Notes under the pieces: model-generated
The model's input: only the letters and a program-made list of their open reading frames with translations
Told to the model about the DNA's origin: nothing
The model's database searches: none
From: Bacteroides sp.
GTDB taxonomy: Bacteria; Bacteroidota; Bacteroidia; Bacteroidales; Bacteroidaceae
Assembly: GCA_036724805.1 (NCBI GenBank)
Contig: DAIMFE010000006.1
Location: 5,579-69,578, forward strand
Length of the DNA stretch: 64,000 nt
Direction: 5' to 3'
Program-made: the position numbers and the translations under genes
In this document: positions 57,216-64,000 of the stretch, piece after piece
How positions within the stretch are numbered: position 1 is the stretch's first letter
Layout of the letters: every line of letters starts with the position of its first letter

Positions 57216-59065
57216 TTACAAAGATTACCTTGAACTATATCGCCATTATCTTCAATCAATAATAAATTTAGTTCTCCTTTAGGAAAGAACGGAATACAAT
57301 ATCTCCGGCATCTGGCAATAATACCCCCAAAAAAGGCTTTTGCTTCCTGCTCGGGAATGATTAACCATAGCTCTCTCGCTAATGTTATATGTTCGATTGC
57401 TTTAATTGTTTCCTTACTGCATCCCGATTTGGCAGCTACTTGCTGAAGAAACTTTTTATTCATTGTTCCCTTTTTGCTGTGGGTATCCAGACAACCTTCG
57501 GCAAGTTTTACAGCCTTGCCAATCATTACCCCCAGTGTGATGGCTTTTATATTGAGCTCGGAGGCTATTTTTAACGTCTCACCAATATAATTTCCGTATT
57601 GTACAAAGGCTGCTTCCGGTAATTCGGGATAATAATTGCGGAGATATTTTTCGCTTTTCGCACCCGAGTTTATAACTACACGCGGGGTATTTGCTGCATT
57701 TGCTACTTCCAGTGCTTTGCGAATAGAGGAAATAAAAGCTTCCACAGAAAAAGGTTGGATGATCCCTGAAGTACCGATAATGGAAATGCCGCCTTTAATT
57801 CCCAATCTTGAATTGAAAGTACGCGCCGCGAGTTCCTCTCCTTGGAGAACGGAAATAGTTACTTCGATTTGACTTGCGGGCTTTACCGGTTTATGAAGAA
57901 TCTCTAATTCTCGAAGGATATTTTCTCTGATCATGCTTTGTGGTCCTGCGTTAATGGCAGAACTGCCGATTGGCAGGCCGAGGCCGGGCAGGGTTACTGT
58001 GCCAATACCTTTGCCGCCTTTGATTATGATAGCGGTTGATTTAATTTGCGATCTCCACCATCCCGTTCTTTTCATTTCAACACTTGTTTCCACAGTCGTT
58101 CCATTCGTAACATCCGTATCGTCTCCCGAATCTTTAATAACCTTAGCAACTGCGCCATCCTTGCATTTATCCACACTTTCAACCGGAACAATAATCGTTT
58201 CACCATTAGGCAAAAGAACCGGAACACATTTATTCTCTTTGCCGGTTAACAGCATTTTTACTGCGGCAACAGCGCCGGCCGTAGCACAGGTTCCGGTAGT
58301 TATGCCCGTGCGTAGCGAATAGAAACCGGGCAAAAGTTGCTCTATTGTACGGCGCAGGCCATGCTCGCCATTTACCAAATAAAATTCATCGGGCACTAAC
58401 GGATGTTTAATCACAAATACGCGTATGTTCTTTTCTCTGGCTGCTATTACCTTATCCATAAAGCCACCGCTAACGCCACTCTCTTTCAATAAAACTGCAT
58501 CCGGATAAATCTTTTGCAAGAGCGTTGCATCTTCATCTGTCTCGTAAAACAACAGTTGTTCTTTCGGGAAATCATTCTTTTGAGCTATTTGCAAAGATTC
58601 TTCCCGCTTGAGGATACGGAACCAAGTGGGATGTTTTGTCCAGAAAGGTTTTAATTGGGATATGGTATTAACGCCGGTAAGAGCAACTAGTTTGTTGATA
58701 TGGCATTCTTCAAGTTTGATAATGGCATTGGCATAATCATCGCACCAAAAAAGATCTTTATCTCGTGGTGGATAAATACGATCGAAGCGTATTACCGGAA
58801 TATTGGTTTGCTCGGATACATCGGCAATGGTTTGGTGAAGCTGTTTGGCAAAGGGGTGAGCGGCATCTATGATGAGTTTAATCTGGTTTTCCCGACAGAA
58901 AGAAGACATACGTTCGGTGTTCATGGCTCCTGTAATGCGTGTGCCATGGGCAGAGGTAACTTCCTGCAAAGTTCCCTTTGTAGAGTAGAAGAAAGGTTTC
59001 CCTGCTTTATCAACTACTTGTACTGCTTTTCGTCCTTCGGTGGTGCCGCCAAATATTAATATCAT
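57212..59065 (-). CDS. cbiJ-cbiD: Fused precorrin-6x reductase (CbiJ/CobK) and cobalt-precorrin-5B methyltransferase (CbiD)
   Basis: GGTTEG, IDAAHPFA, KESGVSGG, then LRTGITTGTCATA, KDSGDDTDVT, GISIIGTSG. Confidence 0.92.
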   Translation of the reverse strand: MILIFGGTTEGRKAVQVVDKAGKPFFYSTKGTLQEVTSAHGTRITGAMNTERMSSFCRENQIKLIIDAAHPFAKQLHQTIADVSEQTNIPVIRFDRIYPPRDKDLFWCDDYANAIIKLEECHINKLVALTGVNTISQLKPFWTKHPTWFRILKREESLQIAQKNDFPKEQLLFYETDEDATLLQKIYPDAVLLKESGVSGGFMDKVIAAREKNIRVFVIKHPLVPDEFYLVNGEHGLRRTIEQLLPGFYSLRTGITTGTCATAGAVAAVKMLLTGKENKCVPVLLPNGETIIVPVESVDKCKDGAVAKVIKDSGDDTDVTNGTTVETSVEMKRTGWWRSQIKSTAIIIKGGKGIGTVTLPGLGLPIGSSAINAGPQSMIRENILRELEILHKPVKPASQIEVTISVLQGEELAARTFNSRLGIKGGISIIGTSGIIQPFSVEAFISSIRKALEVANAANTPRVVINSGAKSEKYLRNYYPELPEAAFVQYGNYIGETLKIASELNIKAITLGVMIGKAVKLAEGCLDTHSKKGTMNKKFLQQVAAKSGCSKETIKAIEHITLARELWLIIPEQEAKAFFGGIIARCRRYCIPFFPKGELNLLLIEDNGDIVQGNLCN

Positions 59066-59089
59066 ACTTATTCATTCTAGGTTTTGTTT

Positions 59090-60904
59090 TTATTTCCTGA
59101 ACAAATGCTTAAACTCATGCGAATACAACCTGGATAGCCCCTGCCTGTTATCAATAGCATCACCCACAACAATCATAGTGGTAAGAAGGAGGTTGTTATC
59201 TTTTACGATATTTGCCAGATCCTTTAATTCACCCCGAAAAACGCGTTCGTCTTTCCAGGTGAGTTTATAGCAGGCAGCTACCGGAGTGGTTGGCGGATAA
59301 TGTTGCAACAGTTGTTCCTGTACATCCTCTACCACACCTGCACTTAGAAATATACACATCGTACTTTGCGAGCGAGCCAACAGATTAAGTTGTTCCTTCT
59401 CGGGCATCGGGGTACGGCCTTCTCCACGGGTAAGGATAATGGTCTGTACTTTCTCGGGAATGGTGAATTGCGACCGTAACGCTGCTGCCGCGGCCTGAAA
59501 AGAAGAAATTCCCGGCGTAATATGGTAACTCATACCCTGTTGGTCGAAGAAGTTCATTTGTTCCTGAATAGCACCATAAATACAAGGATCACCTGTATGC
59601 AGGCGCACAACGAACAATCCTTTATCATAAAACTCTTTCATAAGTGCAAATTGTTCATCCAGGGTCATTGAGGCCGAACTGCGTACTACTGCACCCCCTT
59701 TTGCGTAATAGGTAAGTTCTCGGGGTACAAGGCTTCCGGCATAAAGAATGAGGTCCGCTTCTTCAAGCATCCTTTTACCTCTTACGGAAATCAATTCCGG
59801 ATCTCCCGGACCTGCACCCACTATCTCAATATGGCCTTTACGAAGCGCGGTGATATCAATTGCTACAGCAAAAGTAAACTGATTACCGTTATTTATGGTT
59901 CCTTTCTGCTTTTCCAGGAGAAGAGGCCCGCCCGATGCGCTACAAATGGCTGCCGCTTCGGATACACTGTACGATCCGGTTACTTCATGTACCTTATCAG
60001 AAGGGTTGGGCACTTCGGCTTTTTCCAAATCCGAAGCGGTATATATACGGATATTGGTTGTTTTAAAAGCATTCTGCAGTTCATTAAATAACGGCTCGTC
60101 TTTCTTTAAATCAATGGTGCCAATTGTTTTTATAGCGAGTGAACTAAGCCGATGCTGTTTCAAATGTTGCTTTATATAAGTACTGATACCGTTGGGGTTG
60201 CATTCTTTTCGGCAACCCACTCCCATGTGCAATACTTTCGGACGAAAGTAGAGAACCGGAATATCTGTCTCCCTTTCAAATGGTGTTACAGCAATCAGTA
60301 ACTGATATGGTTTGGCAGGTACATCTTCCCATTTATAATAAACATCTACATGGGCAGGAAGTGTTTTTTCTAAATAGCCGGTTCCTTTATCTTTGGTTTC
60401 CAATATCAAGGCTGTTGGTTTACCGTTTACAAAGGAAACGATTATTTTGTTCATGGAGCTGTTTGCCTGTTCTGCTGTCCACCCGAACTCTTTATCCAGC
60501 GTATCCAACGCCCATAAATCAGTATTATCGCTCTGTGTGGTAATAACAGGTTCGGCTCCAATGATGGATGCAACCAGTTGGGTTAGCCTATTGGCACCGC
60601 CAACGTGTCCGGAGAGTACCGATATAACAAACCGCCCTGTACTGTCAACGTTTATTATGGCGGGATCTTTATACTTATTTTGAATTTGTTCGGCAATGGT
60701 GCGTATGCAGATGCCGAGGGCTCCAATAAATATCAGTGAGTCGAAAGAATTGAATTCTTTATCAATGAATCTTTTAATGGATTCTATCCGGATGCTACCG
60801 TTTGCACCGGATGTTGAGTAAATGGTGCTCCCTTCCAACTCGCTTTGTATGGTTTGGGCAATAGGAAGACTTGTTTCGGATATTAGTATTATGGCTGTAC
60901 TCAT
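59090..60904 (-). CDS. cbiG-cbiF: Fused CbiG and precorrin-4 C11-methyltransferase (CbiF/CobM)
   Basis: DPA....GRFVISVLSGHVGGAN, GVGCRK, SVSEAAA, then VGAGPGDPELI, RLHTGDP..YGA. Confidence 0.92.
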   Translation of the reverse strand: MSTAIILISETSLPIAQTIQSELEGSTIYSTSGANGSIRIESIKRFIDKEFNSFDSLIFIGALGICIRTIAEQIQNKYKDPAIINVDSTGRFVISVLSGHVGGANRLTQLVASIIGAEPVITTQSDNTDLWALDTLDKEFGWTAEQANSSMNKIIVSFVNGKPTALILETKDKGTGYLEKTLPAHVDVYYKWEDVPAKPYQLLIAVTPFERETDIPVLYFRPKVLHMGVGCRKECNPNGISTYIKQHLKQHRLSSLAIKTIGTIDLKKDEPLFNELQNAFKTTNIRIYTASDLEKAEVPNPSDKVHEVTGSYSVSEAAAICSASGGPLLLEKQKGTINNGNQFTFAVAIDITALRKGHIEIVGAGPGDPELISVRGKRMLEEADLILYAGSLVPRELTYYAKGGAVVRSSASMTLDEQFALMKEFYDKGLFVVRLHTGDPCIYGAIQEQMNFFDQQGMSYHITPGISSFQAAAAALRSQFTIPEKVQTIILTRGEGRTPMPEKEQLNLLARSQSTMCIFLSAGVVEDVQEQLLQHYPPTTPVAACYKLTWKDERVFRGELKDLANIVKDNNLLLTTMIVVGDAIDNRQGLSRLYSHEFKHLFRK

Positions 60905-60948
60905 TCTTGCATTGTTTACTCATTCTTTAATTAGATGGATGACGCGGA

Positions 60949-62145
60949 TTAAGCATTTATAACTTTCATTATCTCTATAGGGTTATTGTCATCAACTATT
61001 ATACGAGTCGATAATTTAATATCCAGTCCGGTTGCTTGCGCCCCTTCCATAAACATCTTTTTACTTTCATTGCTAACCGAATTAAAGACCACAACACCAT
61101 CAGGGAGTAATACTTCATTTATTTTATGGAGAATCTCTTTCAACTTGCCCCCATGCCCGCCAATGAAAACAGCATCCGGTGCCGGGAAGGATGAAATATC
61201 AATACCGGTAAAGTCGCCGATTACAGTTGTTATTCCGGGTGTACCAAAGCGGCGGGAGTTTGCTAGCATAAGCTCGGCTCCTTCCTCTCGTATCTCGAAG
61301 GCTGTGATGTTTAAGTGTGGAAACTGCATTTTAGCCTCTATAGATACAGAGCCGGTGCAGAATCCAATATCCCAAAAACTTTCTTTATCTTTTAATGCTA
61401 ATGCGCTTAACGTAAGAAGCCGGATAGGGGCTTTGGTAATCATTTTCGATCGACCGTTTAAGTGCACGAACAGTTCATCGGGAATACCAAAATACCGCGA
61501 TTTACCGTTGCCGCGATTTACTATTATCAAATTGTTAGGGTGATTGAAGCCGGCTTCCGCAGCTTCATTGATGCTCATTTTGCTAACACGTTCTCTTTGG
61601 GGGTTTCCAAGATGCTCGCCAATGTACATTATATAATTATCGTAACCATATTTCAGCATGCGTTGGGCAATGAGGGTGGGGGTATGTTCCCGATCGGTTA
61701 GGATTCCTATTTTCTTTCTACCTTCGATCAATGCCTTATCGAATTCATGCCACGGCCGGCCGGTAAGGGATACGGTATGCATATCATCGTACTGCATTGT
61801 AATGCGGTGGGCCAGCAGTTGCAGAGAGTTGAAGGTAGGATAGGAGATTATCTCTGCTTCCGGTAACTTCTTCTTTATGGTGTTTCCGAAACCGAAGAAC
61901 AAGGGGTCGCCCGATGCAAACACTATAATTTCGTTATAGGATTGATATTGATTGAAAACATTATCTAACGGAGCGGTGATGTTGATCCATTTGCTGTTAG
62001 TGGGCAGTAATTCCCTTACTATCTCGTAATGGCGTGTACCACCGGAGAATATTCTTCCTTCTTTAATGATAGAAAGAATATCCGGATGAAACCATGGAGT
62101 GGGGTTATCATCTATGCCAATAAGGGTGTATCTTTGCCTATACAT
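60949..62145 (-). CDS. cbiET: Precorrin-6y C5,15-methyltransferase (CbiE-CbiT, CobL-like)
   Basis: ASGDPLFFGFG, MITK..IR, WDIGFCTGSVSIE, PDAVFIGG. Confidence 0.92.
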   Translation of the reverse strand: MYRQRYTLIGIDDNPTPWFHPDILSIIKEGRIFSGGTRHYEIVRELLPTNSKWINITAPLDNVFNQYQSYNEIIVFASGDPLFFGFGNTIKKKLPEAEIISYPTFNSLQLLAHRITMQYDDMHTVSLTGRPWHEFDKALIEGRKKIGILTDREHTPTLIAQRMLKYGYDNYIMYIGEHLGNPQRERVSKMSINEAAEAGFNHPNNLIIVNRGNGKSRYFGIPDELFVHLNGRSKMITKAPIRLLTLSALALKDKESFWDIGFCTGSVSIEAKMQFPHLNITAFEIREEGAELMLANSRRFGTPGITTVIGDFTGIDISSFPAPDAVFIGGHGGKLKEILHKINEVLLPDGVVVFNSVSNESKKMFMEGAQATGLDIKLSTRIIVDDNNPIEIMKVINA

Positions 62146-63544
62146 CCCTTCCCGGTCTTAATTGTTTCGCGTCATCGAGGGTAAGAATAGCATTCACCAG
62201 CGTTGCCGCCAGATTGCTTCCCCCTTTTCTTCCTTCTACAATAATTTTAGGTACATGGAATGGTTTTACCATATATTTAGATTCCTTTACGTTCACAAAC
62301 CCCACAGGGGCTGCTACAATCCCTGCCGGATCAGCCTTACCCTTGCGGATTAAGTCGCAAAGCTCCATGAGTGCAGTGGGCGCGTTTCCAAAAACATATA
62401 AAGCATCCGGATGTTCTGCAACAGCCAAACGGATTCCTGCTTGTGTACGGGTAATACCTTTATCCGAAGCTAATTGAACTGCCTTCTCATCACTTAGATA
62501 ACATTTCACTTCAATTCCCAACCGGGTTAAAGCCCCTTTGCGAATACCCGAGGCAACCATCGTAACATCTGTTATAATGGTTTTTAGTTTTCGGGTACTG
62601 CATAATTGATAAAGTGAAGAAACAGCATCCTTATCGGTATAAAGAAGTTTCTCCATATCAAAATCGGCTGTAGTATGAATGGCATGAAGTAGTGCCCACT
62701 TATAATCAAGAGGAATGTCCGGGTTACAGAGTTCGGTTTCTATGGTGCGGAAACTGCGTATCATAATGTTTTGGCCAATAGCGGTACCCGTATCAGACTG
62801 TTCGCGGTAGTAGCCACGTGGAGTAATAAAAGTATTCTCCCATTGATAGGATTGTGAATTGCCAATAATGATAACGGTAAACATATCCACATCTTCCGGA
62901 TCAAAGTTTGCCAGCGTTGTAATTTTGGCTTCTTGCTCATCCCGACCCGCCTGACGAACATACCCTACCGGCGTATCTGCGGATCTTCCTTCACTGAGAA
63001 AGATTTCCTTTAAGCGGTACAACTGCCAGTAACGTCCTTCGCTTTTCGGATTATATATGGCTGTTACAAAATCTCCAAGGGCGGCTGCGGTGATTCTTTT
63101 TTCGATAACTTCCCATGGGGTCATCAGGTTGCTCATGGATATAATGCATGTGTCATGTCCGATGGGAGCCCCTAGCAGGGATGCTGCTTTCTGAAAGGCG
63201 CTGATTCCGGGAAGGGTTATTATCCCGATATCGCTATTGCGCTCGCGTTTCATCTCCCAGATGAGGGGAGACATACCGTAGATGCCTGCGTCACCCGAAG
63301 ATATTACACAAACGGTTTTACCTTCTTCGGCAAGTTCAAAGGCCCGATGGGCACGGTCGCGCTCACGCTTCATGCCGGTATCCATACATTCGGCATCGGG
63401 GGAAACGTATTTCTGTATAAATTGGAAATAGTATTTATAGCCAACAATAACATCGGCTTGCTTTACGGCTTCAATAACCGCCGGAGTAATATCCTGTGGG
63501 CTTCCGGGACCTATTCCGACAACTATAATTAAGGGCTTATTCAT
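62138..63544 (-). CDS. cbiH-cbiC: Fused precorrin-3B C17-methyltransferase (CbiH/CobJ) and precorrin-8X methylmutase (CbiC/CobH)
   Basis: VGIGPG, SSGDAGIYGM, ITPRGY, then IHTTADF, GNAPTAL, PVGFV, GRKGGS. Confidence 0.92.
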   Translation of the reverse strand: MNKPLIIVVGIGPGSPQDITPAVIEAVKQADVIVGYKYYFQFIQKYVSPDAECMDTGMKRERDRAHRAFELAEEGKTVCVISSGDAGIYGMSPLIWEMKRERNSDIGIITLPGISAFQKAASLLGAPIGHDTCIISMSNLMTPWEVIEKRITAAALGDFVTAIYNPKSEGRYWQLYRLKEIFLSEGRSADTPVGYVRQAGRDEQEAKITTLANFDPEDVDMFTVIIIGNSQSYQWENTFITPRGYYREQSDTGTAIGQNIMIRSFRTIETELCNPDIPLDYKWALLHAIHTTADFDMEKLLYTDKDAVSSLYQLCSTRKLKTIITDVTMVASGIRKGALTRLGIEVKCYLSDEKAVQLASDKGITRTQAGIRLAVAEHPDALYVFGNAPTALMELCDLIRKGKADPAGIVAAPVGFVNVKESKYMVKPFHVPKIIVEGRKGGSNLAATLVNAILTLDDAKQLRPGRDV

Positions 63545-63612
63545 ATTTATAATTAATCTTATTAGCCGCGGCTAAAGAAAATCTCATTTCCTGCAAATTT
63601 ACAATTTAAAAG

Positions 63613-64000
63613 TTATCGTGTTAGCACCACTCCATTCTCTTTTGCATAATTAGCTTTCTTTTCCATGATATCCAGGAATTTATGGTACATCACAAAACGG
63701 GCATGCTCAATAAACAAGTCTTGTACTTCCGGTATTTGTCCCAACCCTTCCATGCGCATGTCTACTTTCAGTCCGGCCGCTTCAAGTGCTTCTTTCCATT
63801 CGCCCGCAATGTCGTTTTGGGCATGATCGCCTGCAACGAACATCAGCGGAACAAGGGTGGCTTGTTTGGCCTTTGTGGCTTTTAATTGATTCAGAACATT
63901 TTCCATCGTAGGATACCCTTCAACGGTTCCAACATGAAAGTCTTTGTTTCCGCGGGCTTTCATCATATAATCTATCGTTGGGTAAGTGAAGTTAGCAGGT
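63613..64000 (-). CDS. cbiK: Sirohydrochlorin cobaltochelatase, 3' part
   Basis: Frame open to the window edge; VGTVEGYP, PLMFVAGDHAQND. Confidence 0.88.
   Translation of the reverse strand, partial: PANFTYPTIDYMMKARGNKDFHVGTVEGYPTMENVLNQLKATKAKQATLVPLMFVAGDHAQNDIAGEWKEALEAAGLKVDMRMEGLGQIPEVQDLFIEHARFVMYHKFLDIMEKKANYAKENGVVLTR

Noticed and set aside
57212..63544. cbi gene fusions as a novelty
   Set aside because: CbiJ-D, CbiG-F, CbiH-C and CbiET fusions are known in Bacteroidales
1..64000. tRNA, rRNA, full riboswitch, transposase or integrase
   Set aside because: None recognised by eye; a covariance-model search would be needed to exclude small RNAs

Overview
Bacteroidales chromosomal segment (Bacteroides/Dysgonomonas-like: TAnnTTTG promoters, SusC/SusD). 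(1) 1-36.9 kb: a bidirectional polysaccharide utilization locus whose enzyme set and order resemble the rhamnogalacturonan-II (RG-II) locus of B. thetaiotaomicron. The left arm (minus) carries a FucR-like GntR regulator, GH2, Na+/solute symporter, DapA-family aldolase, GH28, CE19-like esterase, GH95, GH105, GH140 and GH78. The right arm (plus) carries SusC, SusD, PL1, DUF3826, a beta-helix/TIM-barrel/GH43 fusion, GH143-GH142, GH78 and GH127. Both arms start in one control region with mirrored (CAGTA)n boxes. (2) 37.3-44.5 kb: an outer-membrane beta-barrel, hisH-hisA-hisF-hisIE, an ftsE-like ATPase, lysC and lysA. (3) 44.5-64 kb: cobalamin genes (cobU,T,S,C on plus; cbiK, cbiH-C, cbiET, cbiG-F, cbiJ-D, cbiA, pduO-type, cbiP, cobD, cbiB on minus), interrupted by a ParE-type toxin-antitoxin pair and by an AT-rich opposite-strand cassette. 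That cassette encodes an unannotated 38-aa signal-peptide ORF with a TSCG motif, a GLPGLI protein and a TonB-dependent-receptor-like barrel. Non-coding features include a dispersed family of 21-22-bp-period palindromic arrays (3 clear copies, 1 decayed), long perfect palindromes flanking the PL1 gene, and 8-/9-mer repeat hairpins. Family assignments come from motif recognition and recalled synteny; no database searches were run.
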